Source of the DNA: Octopus sinensis | Taxonomy: Eukaryota | Direction of reading: 5' to 3' | NCBI RefSeq assembly: GCF_006345805.1 | Contig: NW_021833256.1 | Location: 14,627-78,626 of the forward strand | DNA: 64,000 nt | Shown: positions 25,814 through 37,379 of the stretch, piece by piece | How positions within the stretch are numbered: position 1 is the first letter of the stretch | Layout: each line of letters opens with the position of its first letter | Notes under the pieces: generated by a model | What the model was told of the DNA's origin: nothing | Seen by the model: the letters and a program-made list of their open reading frames with translations, nothing else | The model's database searches: none | Program-made: the position numbers and the translations under genes

Positions 25814-26728
25814 GTTTGTTTGAATGCTAATGACATCATCATTCTACTCTGGCAGTATGTGATGCTGGCGCCGGTGGTGGTCGTGATGGCGGCAGCGGTG
25901 GTGGTGGTGGTGGTGGTGGTGGTGGTGGTGTTGGTCGTGGTGATGATGTAAGTTCTTGATAGACCACTTCCTGTTTCCCCCATTCACACTCGTATATCTG
26001 CTGCTGTTTGTTGGGTGGGACAGGCATAAGTGTCACAACCTCACGCTTCTCTTCTGCACATGTGTCAGGCTTCGTTTCAAGTTGTCTTGCATATGGGGCG
26101 GAAAAAAAATCAACAAAAAAAAAAGAAAAAGAACATTCTTCACTCAGTTATATGTTTTGCTCTTGTTTACTCATTCCTCAGCTGTTTTTTTTTTTTTATT
26201 GTTGTGTTTCATTTACTTCCATTTACCAACACCATCATTAACATCATCATCATCGTCGTCATCAATATCATTTTTAACATCGGCAACAGCATCATCACCC
26301 CCACTAACACCATCATATTCAGCATGTTTTCATCTCCACTATCGCCACCTATTTCTTTACTGCCCACAAGGGGCTAAACACAGAGGGGACAAACAAGGAC
26401 AGACAAACGGATTAAGTCGATTACATCGACCCCCAGAGCGTAACTGGTACTTAATTTATCGACCCCGAAAGGATGAAAGGCAAAGTCGACCTCGGCGGAA
26501 TTTGAACTCAGAACGTAGCGGCAGATGAAATACCGCTAAGCATTTCGCCCGGTGTGCTAACGTTTCTGCCAGCTCTCCACTATCACCACCACCACCACAC
26601 CACTACCACCACCACCACCACCACCACCACCATCATCATCAACACTGATACCATCAACAACATTAAAATCATCCTCACTATCATAATTGCCATCTTCTTC
26701 AAATCCACCACCACCCTCATCCATATTG

Positions 26729-26764
<36 letters not shown>

Positions 26765-27107
26765 TATTTATTATTTAATTAAGGCAGTGGGCTGGCACAA
26801 TCGTTACTATACACCAGGCAAAATGCTTAATGACATTTCGTCGTCTTTCATTCTGAGTTCAAACTCCACTGAGGTTGACTTTGCCTTTCATCCTCTCGGG
26901 GGTCAATAAAATAAGTACCAGTTGCATAGTGGAGTTGATGCAATTGATTTCCCCACATCAGTCGAAATTTCTGCCCTTGGGTCAAAATGAGAAAGAATTA
27001 TTATCATTAGTTATTCTTAATGAAGGTGGTAACTGACTATCCCACTCCTTCCAAGTTTCAGCCCTTGTGCCTGTAGTAGAAAGTATTATTATTATCATTA
27101 TCATTAC

Positions 27108-27138
<31 letters not shown>

Positions 27139-27566
27139 GAGTGAGAGAGCAGTGCATGCCATCAAAGTGACACTGGGGTAAAATATACGAAGCCCAGTAT
27201 ACCCATCATGATTACCTGTCTGATAAGGGTACACCAGGCACATGCATCACAACCATATGTGCGCGACATGGTGATCTCATTATCAAGATAAACTACTCAT
27301 GACCTTGCAGGTGGGACCCAGTTTTCTTCAGGTTGAGTAGGCCATCCCACTCAAAAGGTCCCTGAATAAGGGTTGTTTCAGGATGATGAACAAAACACCC
27401 GTGTTTCCAGAGGTGAATTAATCAAAACCCAAAGAATTCCTTTCAACACATGGCTATGATACTCACCCACCACTTCTGCTCATGATCAGAGATGCACATA
27501 TCGTCAGCCACTAAGGGACATGCTCAACTGGTTAAGGTCAAACAAATCAATGATATTGAGCAGAAT
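27139..27566. mobile_element. Family D interspersed repeat, truncated copy
   Basis: Aligns with 39760-40200; starts (ATT)n-GAGTGAGAGAGCAGTGCATGCCATCAAAGTGACAC. Confidence 0.8.
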
Positions 27567-27926
27567 AAACACACCAACACCAGTTGTCAAACAGTGGTGG
27601 GAACAAACACAGACACACACACACACAACAGGCTTCTTTCAGTTTCCATCTACCAAACCCATTCATAAGGTTTTTTGGTTGACCTGAGGCAATAATAGAA
27701 GATACTTTCCCAAGGTGTCACGCAGTGGAAGTGAACCTGGAACCCTGTGGTTGGGAAGCAACGGGTGCTTCTCTTTAGTTTTTCATGCAACTGGCACTAG
27801 TAAATGTGCATGTAGCTTGTGACACAGAGAAAAAGGAAACAGAAAACGCTCTCACTACTGAGAGGAAGTATTTGGGAGGAGAAGATGGAGAGGAGTGACT
27901 GTTTGCTATAAATTGAAATGCTACAG

Positions 27927-28480
27927 CAGCAGTTCTCAACCAGAGTTCATATGACCCCCGAGGGTCCGTATAAGATTTACGGGTCCACACTAACAAAATA
28001 GTAAATTGGGGATCCACGGGAGTATTTTAGGTGTCCCTGTAAAATTTTGATTTAAATGCATCATTTGCAAGAAACAGCTGGGTTTCTTTCTCTAATGTTT
28101 TGCATAGTTCAACCAACACGAGTTGATGTGTGAATCACAAAATAGGAATTTTGAAAGAAGTTTCTATAAAACCAGTTTCTAAACATCAAATGGCTATAGG
28201 GTGTCCACTGGGTCCATAGATAAAAAAAATCGTTGAGGATCATATGATTGGGAAGCAAGCTTCTTAACCACAAAACCATATAAGATTTTGTTGTTAAACG
28301 ATGTGCGAAAAATTGGTTATGTTTCTATAGTACACAAAATATTTAAACAATTTTTTTATACAATTCGTAAAAATATTTAATTTAGAAATGCAATAGGATA
28401 TTTTTTAATAGAATTGGGGGCAGTCAAGTAAAATAGGAATCAAAGGGGTCCTATTGGCAAACAATAGTTGAGATCCACTG
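27927..28480. mobile_element. hAT-like MITE
   Basis: Ends CAGCAGTTCTCAACC ... AGTTGAGATCCACTG; same family as 59864-60100; TSD not preserved. Confidence 0.55.
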
Positions 28481-29584
28481 GTGTAGAATGTAGATTGGGT
28501 TATAGTATTCAATGGTGATTGTATGGAACAGTGGTTCTTAACTGGGGTCCATATAAGATTTTGTTAAAGTTACCTCCGCCAATGTCCCCTACCTTCTCAA
28601 AGGTTCTTTGTCTTGCAAGTTACTTGGTGTCCCTGCCAGTGTTGGTGCCACGTAAAAAGCATCCCATCCACACTGTAAAGCAGTTGGTGTTTAGAATGGC
28701 ATCCAGCTGTAAAAACCTTGCCAAAACTGACCTCACCTGTACTGGTGCCAGGGAAAAAGCACTCAGTCCACTCTGCTGAGTGGTTGGTGTTAAGAAGGGC
28801 ATCCAGCTGTAAAAACTGTGCCAAAACAGACAAGTACTACCGGTCGAGAGTTCCGCATACCAGAAAGCAGCAAGTGCATGGGGTCATCAGGAGAGAATGA
28901 GCACCATTCCAGGGCCTACCTGTCAACGGCATCAATGCGCACCAGCTTCACTGATATGAGGCCCCACTTGCTAGATCAACTGGTTATCAAATAAAGCTCA
29001 ATATTCTTCCAGCCATCGCTCATAATCTTCTGCTTGGCTAGCTCCTGTCAAACCATCCAACTCATGCCAGCATGGAAAGCAGACATTAAACAGTGATGAT
29101 GAAATTGGTTATACTCCTAAAATACACAAAATATTTTAATAGTTCTTTTTATTATACATCAAATTCAATGACTAGCACCTGTGCCAGTGGAGCTCTAAGA
29201 GCACCATCCAAGCATGATCATTGCCAGAGCAGCTGACTGGTTTCTGTGCCGGTGGCACGTAAAAATACCGGTGGCACGTGAAAAAACATTTGAGCGAGGT
29301 CATTGCCAGTGCCACTGGACTGGCTCCTGTGCAGGTGTCATGTCAAAAACACCATTTGAGCATGGCCATTGCCAGTACCGCTTGACTGGCCCTCATGCCG
29401 GTGACACGTAAAAGTACCCACTACACTCTTGGAATGGTTGGCATTAGGAAGGGCATCCAGCTGTAGAAACTCTGCCAGATGGAGCCTGGTGCAGCCATCT
29501 GGTTCGCCAGTCCTGTCAAACCATCCAACCCATGCTAGCATGGAAAGTGGATGTTAAACGATGATGATGAGTTCCTAATAATAT

Positions 29585-30370
29585 TTAGTTTCAAATTTTG
29601 ATACAAGGCCAGCAAGTTCAGAAGAAGGGGTTAAGTTGATTACATTAGCCCCAGTGCTCAACTGTTATTTTATCGATCCCAAAAGGGCGAAAGGCAAAGT
29701 CAACCTTAGCATAATTTGAATAAAGAATGTCTAAGAAGGACAAAATGCCATTAAACATTTTGCCCAACATGCTAACGATTCCACCACCTCATTGTCTTAC
29801 AATTCTTAATTACACTTAATTATAAAACTACGGCAGGATATTTTATTAACCAGGAGGTGGGGTAGTAGAGTAAAATAGCCAAAAAATGGTTGAGAACCTC
29901 TGGATGTAGTTTGGGTTATGGTACTGAGTGGTGATTATAAAGAATATGTATTGTGCGAGTCGTGTTGTAATATTAGTTCTAAGCTTTTGGACAAGGCCAG
30001 CAACTTCGAGAGAAGGGGGTAAATCAATTATATCGACCCCAGTGGTCAACTGGCACTTATTTTATCAACCCTGAAAGGATGAAAGGCACAGTCGACCTTG
30101 GTGTAATTTGAACTCAGAACGTTAAAGACAATGCCAGTGGTTCTCCCACCTCGCTGCCTTACAATTCCTAATAATATTCAATTAGAAAACTACAATAGGG
30201 TATTTTTTTAACATGAGGGGGTGCGGAGGCCAGTAGAGTGAAACAGAAATCAAAAGGGGTCCATTGGCAAAAAATGGTTTGGAACCATTGGATGTAGAAT
30301 GTAGATTGGGTTATAGTAATGAATACTGATTGTATAGAACATGTACTGTACGAGTCATATTGTAATATTG
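29585..30370. repeat. Old local tandem duplication (SINE B + MITE end + flank), ~390-bp unit
   Basis: The MITE right end followed by G.TGTAG...TTGGGTTAT.GTA occurs at ~28480, ~29900 and ~30290. Confidence 0.55.
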
Positions 30371-31164
30371 GGAGGTAATGGTATAGCATGTATTGGAATA
30401 TAATATTTTAAAGACTTTATTCTGTACCTAACAAGGCTATTTTATAGATTGTGTTGCAAAGTTGTGAGCCCTGGTACGCATTTTTTTGTTTTTATTTAGT
30501 GTTTCCATTCATGTTCTTCTTTATCAAATCCATTACATTACCATGTTGTCGGTGCCATTTTACTCTCAAACCTTACATCTTGCTTTTATTTCAAGGGCTT
30601 TGTACTTGGTTCCGGAAGGAAATGAAATAAAAAAAAACATCAATGTTTTTGCTCAAAAGGAATCACGATGTCTATCACAATGTATAGGTGTTTTTATGTT
30701 TGTTTTGGGTTTTTTTTTGTTTGTACATATACATAATATATGTATGTATGCATGTATATATGTATGTATGTATGTATATATACATATATATATATTTATA
30801 CATACATATATATATATATATATTATACATACATACACATATATATATATATATATAATATATATATATATATGTGTGTGTGTGTGAGGATCTATTTTTT
30901 TTTTACCTTTTCTATCTTTGATTGTGGTACCAGAATGGCTTCTTTTGGATGTGCTTGCCATTCTGAGAGTCATTAATTCCAGAGTAGCATAGTTGTGTCA
31001 TTACCACATGCTGTAGTTGGTACTTGTGTGCTTATATTTGTATATAACTAGGTATGTATGTGTGTGTGTATACATGTATGTGTGGTGGTGTATGTATGTA
31101 TATATGAATATATATGTATGTAGGTGAGTGTGTGCATACATGTATATATGTTTGTGTGTGTGTG

Positions 31165-31197
<33 letters not shown>

Positions 31198-31490
31198 CAA
31201 AGCACATACATTTGAAATTTGCTTTTAACCCTTGAAATTGAAGTACATAGAGTTATAGATAATAGTGTGTAAATAAGTCTGTGTGTAAATTTGTGTGAAT
31301 GTTGATGTGTTACTTGTCGCCATTTAAGCGAATTGATTGTGATGCTGATATTAGCATTCCTTGTTGATATTATAACAAGTCACTCTATGACTCTATGACC
31401 GAGTATGAGTTGGCAACAGGAACAGCATCTGACCATAAGATCCTGCTCTTAAATCAATTCCTATCTTTGCTATCCCATCCATGCAAGCAT

Positions 31491-31847
31491 GTGCTCAGAG
31501 TGCAAACCTCTGCCAAGGCAACACCAATGTCCTCTCAACGATTAGCCAGAGATGATTTTTAAAATGAGAATATCTGAAATAAACTTGACCGCTCTCACAA
31601 ACAAGAATACTAAAAATGAACCCGATCACTTTCAAAAATTAAGTAAAATAAATGGAAAATTATCCAGAATCCTTGTCTGTTACCAGATCGATCCTAAAAT
31701 CTAATCAGTTCATGCCAGTCATGAGGCCAAACATCTCTGCAAGTTTCATCCAAATCCATCCAGCAGTTCTTAAGATATCTTGTCCACGGACAAACCAAAA
31801 AGCACGAATGAAAACAATACCTCCGCCTTCGCTATGGCGGAGGTAAA
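31491..31847 (-). mobile_element. Non-autonomous Helentron/HINE-like element
   Basis: Terminal hairpin TACCTCCGCC-ttcgctat-GGCGGAGGTA (31818-31845) plus a subterminal repeat of the same motif ACCTCTGCCAAGG (~31506); a second, internally deleted copy lies at 40568-40715. Confidence 0.55.
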
Positions 31848-31899
31848 AAGGTATTAATCAAAACAAAAGAATGTATTTACATATTACTCATGGCTTGAG

Positions 31900-32082
31900 G
31901 GCAGCAAGCTTGCAAAATTTCTTGTATGTTGAACAAAAGGCTCAGGAGTAATTCTTCTTTGTGTTTTGAGTTTAAATTTCACCAACGTTGACTTTGTCTT
32001 TCATCTCTTCAAGCACTGGATTCAATGAAATCAACTAAACCTCTCTCCCAAAATTTCAGTCCTTGTGTCTATAGTAGAAAGG

Positions 32083-32117
<35 letters not shown>

Positions 32118-33510
32118 AAGGCAGAAACGTTCGCACGCTGGGCGAAATGCTTAGCGGTATTTCATCTGCTGTTACGTTCTGAGTTCGAATCCCGCCAAGG
32201 TCGACTTTGCCTTTCATCCTTTCGGGGTCGATTAAATAAGTACTTGTTACGCACCAGGGTCGATATAATCGACTTAATCTGTTTGTCTGTCCTTGTTTGT
32301 CCTCTCTGTGTTTAGCCCCTTATGGGTAGCAAAGAAATAGGTATTTTGTCTGTCTTTACATTCTGAGTTCAAATTCCGCCTAGGTCGACTTTGCCTTTCA
32401 AACCCTTCGGGGGGGGGGGTCAATGAAATAAGTACCAGTTACTACAGGCCTTGTGCCTATAGTAAAAAGGATTATTATTATTTAAAGTGGCGAGCTGGCA
32501 AAATTGTTAGCACGCTGGACAAAATGCTTTGCAGTATTTCGCCTGTCACTATGTTCTGAGTTCAAATTCCACCAAGGTCAACTTTGCCTTTCATCCTTCT
32601 TATGCTGAGAAAATAAGTGCCAGTGGAACACTGGGGGTCGATGGAATTGACTCATCCCTCCCTGGAATTGCTGGCCTTGTGCCAAAATTTGAATCCATTA
32701 TTATTATTGTTATTCAAATTCTGCTGAGGTTGACTTCACCTTTCATCTTTTTGAGGTTGATAAAATAAGTACCAGTTGAGCACTGGAGCCAGCATGATCA
32801 GCTTACTCCCTCCCCAAAATTGCTGGCCTTGTGCCAAAAATTTGAAACTATTATTATTATTGTTGTTGTTGTTAAGGCGATAAGCTTGCAGAAACATTAG
32901 CATGTTAAGGTGGTGAGCTGGCAGAAACGTTAGCACGCCGAGCGAAATGCTTAGCCGTATTTCATCTGCTGTTATATTCTGAGTTCAAATTCCACTGAGG
33001 TCGACTTTGCCTTTCATCCTTTCAGGGCCGATTAAATAAGTACCAGTTACACACTGGGGTCGATGTAATTGACTTAATCCCTTTGTCTGTCCCCTCTATA
33101 TTTAGCCCCTTGTGGGTAATAAAGAAATAGGTATTTCGTCTGCTGTTATATTCTGAGTTCAAATTCCGCCGAGGTTGACTTTGCCTTTCATCCTTTCAGG
33201 GCCGATTAAATAAGTATCAGTTACGCACTGGGGTCGATGTAATTGACTTAATCCCTTTGTCTGTCCCTGTTTGTCCCCTCTATGTTTAGCCCCTTGTAGG
33301 CAATAAAGAAATAAGAAACATTAGCATGTTAGACAAAATACTTAGGGTCATTTCTTCTGGCTTTACATTCTGAGTTCAAATCCCACCTTTGCCTTTCATT
33401 CTTTCAGTGGGAGGGTCAATAAAATAAAGTACCAGCTTAACATTGGGGTGGAGGTTGATGTAATTGATTCCTCACCCCTTCAAAATCACTGGCTTTGTAC
33501 CAAAATTCAT
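31900..33510 (+). mobile_element. Head-to-tail array of family B SINEs
   Basis: About 8 cores in the same orientation, separated by (ATT)n or AAAGAAATAG junctions. Smaller plus arrays: 17700-18150, 35885-36230, 39300-39740, 40340-40900. Confidence 0.85.
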
Positions 33511-33559
33511 AGAGAACCATTTACTCAGTGGCCATAACCACTCTCCCCGCTCACCCCAC

Positions 33560-33830
33560 CAAATCATGCCAGTGTCTATATTCTTTCTTTGCGGCTAAGA
33601 ATGGTTTGGCCAATTATATATATTTATTCTGACTGCATAGTCTACAGTTTGATGCTAACCGCTCATTTTATTTTGGTCGTTTTTGATCTAGCCGTGGCAT
33701 TGATCTTACGGCAGCTAAAATCAGACCTTCCATTCCTGGTCTTTTATTTCAAAGCTTTTTCAGCAATTGTCTGTCTTTCATATTGGATTACTTCCTCTTT
33801 GTTCAGTTTTGCTGTATTTTACTAACTACC
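33560..33830 (-). mobile_element. Degenerate R4/Dong-clade fragment
   Basis: Minus strand gives EGLILAA...NCRLCSQ, the same motif region as 21050-21250. Confidence 0.45.
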
Positions 33831-34011
33831 AAGAAGTCTCCCTCTCTCTCCTCTCTCTCTCAGCTATTGGCGTGAGGTGAGGGCAGGTTCCATTTTGGTC
33901 TTTGAGTTGGTTTTATTTCTAACTTTCCTGTCATTTACATCCTTATCTATACCTTTATACATCAGTGCACAATGATTCGACTTTTTGGTTTGTTGTTTCC
34001 TTATATATATG

Positions 34012-34044
<33 letters not shown>

Positions 34045-34310
34045 GTATATATCTAGAGTGAGAGAGATTTTTGTTTCTCCTTTGTTGTCTCATGCTATTA
34101 CTAATAATAATGGTTTCAAATTTTGGCGTAATGCCAGCAACTCCGAGGAAAGGTGGATTGTCAATTACACCGACTGCAGTGCTCAATTTGTGTTTTATTT
34201 AATCGACCCCCAAAAGGATGAAAGCTAATGTCACACTCTGTGGAATTTGAACTCAAAATGTAAAGAACCAAGAGTCAGAAGAAAGCCCTAAAATTCACTC
34301 CATAATTGCC

Positions 34311-34610
34311 CACGGGCATATGGCATAGTGGTTAAGAGTGTGGGCTACTAACCCCAAGATTCCGAGTTCGATTCCAAGCAGTGACATAAACAACAAAAAA
34401 CAACAATAATAATAATAATAATAATAATATCGAAAAATACCTTAGGAATAAGAACCCATGTTCGAAATTTCCCCAAGACACCTGAAGAAGCCTGGAGGGT
34501 ATATCAGCCGAAACACTGTGTTAACAACAAACAAGATGAGGACAAATATCTGTCAAATGTAAATAATGTAAATAACGTACATAATTCCTTATCTCTTAAA
34601 TATAGAACTG
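34311..34610 (+). mobile_element. Family E: tRNA-like head + (AAC/AAT)n + hammerhead-containing tail
   Basis: A box TGGCATAGTGG and B box GAGTTCGATTCC in 34311-34385, then a microsatellite linker, then a tail with a decayed hammerhead at 34477-34522, ending ...CTTAAATATAGAACTG. Confidence 0.7.
34477..34522 (+). ncRNA. Decayed type I hammerhead motif (family E)
   Basis: GACAC CTGAAGA A GCCTGG-AGGGTATA-TCAGCC GAAA C ACT GTGTT: stem I GACAC/GTGTT and core intact, but the cleavage triplet reads ACT instead of the inferred GTT and stem II has one mismatch. Confidence 0.5.
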
Positions 34611-34739
34611 TATTGTCTGTCTGTCTATCTATCTATCTTTATCTCTATATCTATCTATCCAACTGTCTGTCTGTCTATCTATCTATCTATATCTCTATCT
34701 CTTTCTATCTGTCTAAATCAATTTATCTTTCTCTTCCAG

Positions 34740-35009
34740 GTGTCTCCAGTTTGCCATGCCGTGACTGGGAGGGGAACATCGTGTCCAACGGTGACGAATA
34801 CACACCCGATAAAGATGAGCCGTGTCGGTCTTGTATGTGCCAGAACGGTCTACACATCATGTGTAACATGGTCCTTTGTTCTCCTCCAGCCTGCATGAAG
34901 ATCAAAACTGTTGAGAATGCTTGCTGTGACTTCCGATGTTTGAATGGCGGACCAGAGAATACACATTCCAACAGAACTGGTGATAAAAATGGCATCGGGA
35001 ATGTAAAAC
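34740..35009 (+). CDS. DGCR2: DGCR2/IDD-like membrane protein, VWC-domain exon (internal, phase 1-1)
   Basis: Acceptor ctttctcttccag|G at 34739/34740 and donor C|gtgagc at 35009/35010. Translation (G)VSSLPCRDWEGNIVSNGDEYTPDKDEPCRSCMCQNGLHIMCNMVLCSPPACMKIKTVENACCDFRCLNGG has the 10-Cys VWC spacing and resembles, from memory, the DGCR2 VWC (C.D...N.V..G..FTP..D.PC.SC.C..G...MC...LC..P..C......ECC.F.CL). An alternative phase-1 donor G|gtgata lies near 34979. Confidence 0.88.
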
Positions 35010-35269
35010 GTGAGCCTTTTTTCCATTATCATTTTTCTTTTATTTTAAGGCTGTGACCTGACAGAATCGTTAGCACACCAGGTAAAATGCTTAGCAGCAT
35101 TTCATTCATCTTAATGTTCTAGGTTCAAATTCCACTGAGGTCGACTTTGCCTTTTCTTGTCGAATGAAGTGACACCCTCTCACACATAACTGTCAGTGGA
35201 TTGGACAAGCCTTAGTTGAGGTTAATCTGTGAGGGTGTTAGTCTTGTTATTGATTCTGCATTGGAGTCA

Positions 35270-35750
35270 GCATCATCATCATCGTTTAACGTCCGCTTTC
35301 CATGCTAGCATGGGTTGGAATTGTTTGACTGAGGTCTGGTGAACCAGATGGCTGTACCAGACCCAATCTGATCTGGCAGAGTTTCTACAGCTGGATGCCC
35401 TTCCTAACACCAACCACTCCAAAAGTGTAGTGGGTGCTTTTACGTGCCACCGGCACGAGGGCCAGTCGGGCGGTATTGGCAACGGCCATGCTCAAATGGT
35501 GCTTTTTATATGCCACCTGCACAGGAGCCAGTCCAGGGGCACTAGCAACGACCTTGCTCGAATGTTTTTTCACATGCCACCAGCACAAGTGCCAGTAAGG
35601 CAACGCAGGTAACGATCACGCTCAAATGGTGTTTTTTTACGTGCCATCGGTACGGAGGCCAGCTTGTTGCTCTGGCAACGATCTCACTCGTATGGTACTC
35701 TTAGCGCTTCACTAGCACGGATGCCAGTCATTGAATTTGATTTCGATTCT
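35270..35750 (-). mobile_element. Family C repeat with internal ~50-bp tandem units
   Basis: Sense strand carries GTTGGCGTTAGGAAGGGCATCCAGCTGTAGAAA and ends TTAAACGATGATGATG. Other copies: 4470-4745 (+), 10905-11240 (-), 15840-16065 (-), 20165-20380 (+), 28600-28830 (+), 29170-29570 (+), 41000-41215 (-). Confidence 0.8.
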
Positions 35751-36003
35751 TGGAGTCTTGGATTGTTATTGTGCAAATGGTTATAATAAGATAACCATTG
35801 CTTATTGTTATACGGTTATATTTGATACTGTGATATATTGTCACACGCACACACATGCTATATATTGTCACTGAAGATATAACACCTTTCAATCCTTTCG
35901 GGGGTCAATAAATTAAGCATCAATGAAACACTGGGGTCGATGTAATCATCTTACTCCTCCCCCAAAATTTCAGGCCTTGTATCTTTAGTAGAAAAGATTA
36001 TAA

Positions 36004-36035
<32 letters not shown>

Positions 36036-36344
36036 GAAGGCAATGAGCTAGCAGAATCGTTAGCATGCTGACTAAAATGTTTAGCAGTATTTCATCTGTC
36101 TTTTACATTCTGAGTTCAAATTCCGCTGTGGTTGACTTTGCCTTTCATCCTTTTGGGGTCGATAAATTAAGTACCAGTGAAACACTGGGGTTGATGTAAT
36201 CGACTAGTCCTCTCCCCACAAATTTCAGGGCAAAAGAAACAATTTCTATGCCAATATGCTGAGAAATAGACTTTAAATCGTCAATCACCATATACAATAT
36301 ACATCATTATGAATACATGTTCTAAACTATATATATATATATAT

Positions 36345-36575
36345 ATATAGTTCAAATTTACAAAAGACAAAGATAGGTGTAGGAATAACAAACAGGTGTA
36401 TTAGTTTATATATTATTAGATAATAAATCGTATGGTGTACACCTGGTAGTTACTGGTAAAGCACGTTCACTTTCAGAGTTCATTGGGTATTTGATTAATG
36501 AGAGAGATGGAAAATAGAATTGTAGTGATTAATAAACATTCTCTCTTATCTTCCATCTCTCTCATTAATCAAATA
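36345..36575. mobile_element. Probable Penelope-like remnant with a 25-bp perfect inverted repeat
   Basis: Starts (TA)n-GTT as at 10665; arms 36488-36512 and 36551-36575 are exact reverse complements. Confidence 0.4.
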
Positions 36576-36679
36576 TATATATATATACATATATATGTGT
36601 GTGTGTGTATGTATATATATGTGTGTGTGTGTGTATGTATATATATGAATATGTATGTGTATGTATATACATGTAGGTG

Positions 36680-36713
<34 letters not shown>

Positions 36714-36736
36714 ATATGTGTGTGTATATATGTATA

Positions 36737-36792
<56 letters not shown>

Positions 36793-37379
36793 TAGACAGA
36801 TATGCATAATATATATATATATCTATTGTGTATATGTATGTGTTTGTGAGTACATATATATATATATATATGTAGGTATGTATATGTATGCATATATCAA
36901 ATTATACAATCCTTGTATCCCCCTACCTTCCACCCCCCTATAAATTTATGGATTTTTTTTTTCTCCAATAACTGAGCAAAAGTCATTATTGTTTTGGCTT
37001 GGATTCAGAACGGTTACAATATACTTTTGTCAATCATCAATTTCCTGTTTTTATTGTTTGGGGAAAGATTTTGTTTAGCTATTTATTTAATTTCATCAAA
37101 CATTGATGATTATATTTATTGCTCAACCTACTGGAACAGAGATTTCTTTGTTGGTTTCTTTAAAAAGAAACATTCGAGATGTGGCCAGTAATATCGTTTC
37201 TATGATAGGCACAAGGTTTGAAGTTTGTTGGGAGGGTGACTAGTTGACTACACCGGCCCCAGTGCTCAACTTGACCTTATTTTATCAAACCATGAAAGGA
37301 TGAAAGCCAACGTCAACCTCAGTGGTATTTGAGCTCAGAATGTAGAGTTGGAAGAAACGCCCTCAGCATTTCCTTCGAC

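Noticed and set aside
34311-34390. tRNA gene calls for tRNA-like heads (also 1456, 2473, 9255 and family A/B heads)
   Set aside because: They lack a complete acceptor stem and run into SINE bodies; these are SINE heads, not tRNA genes.
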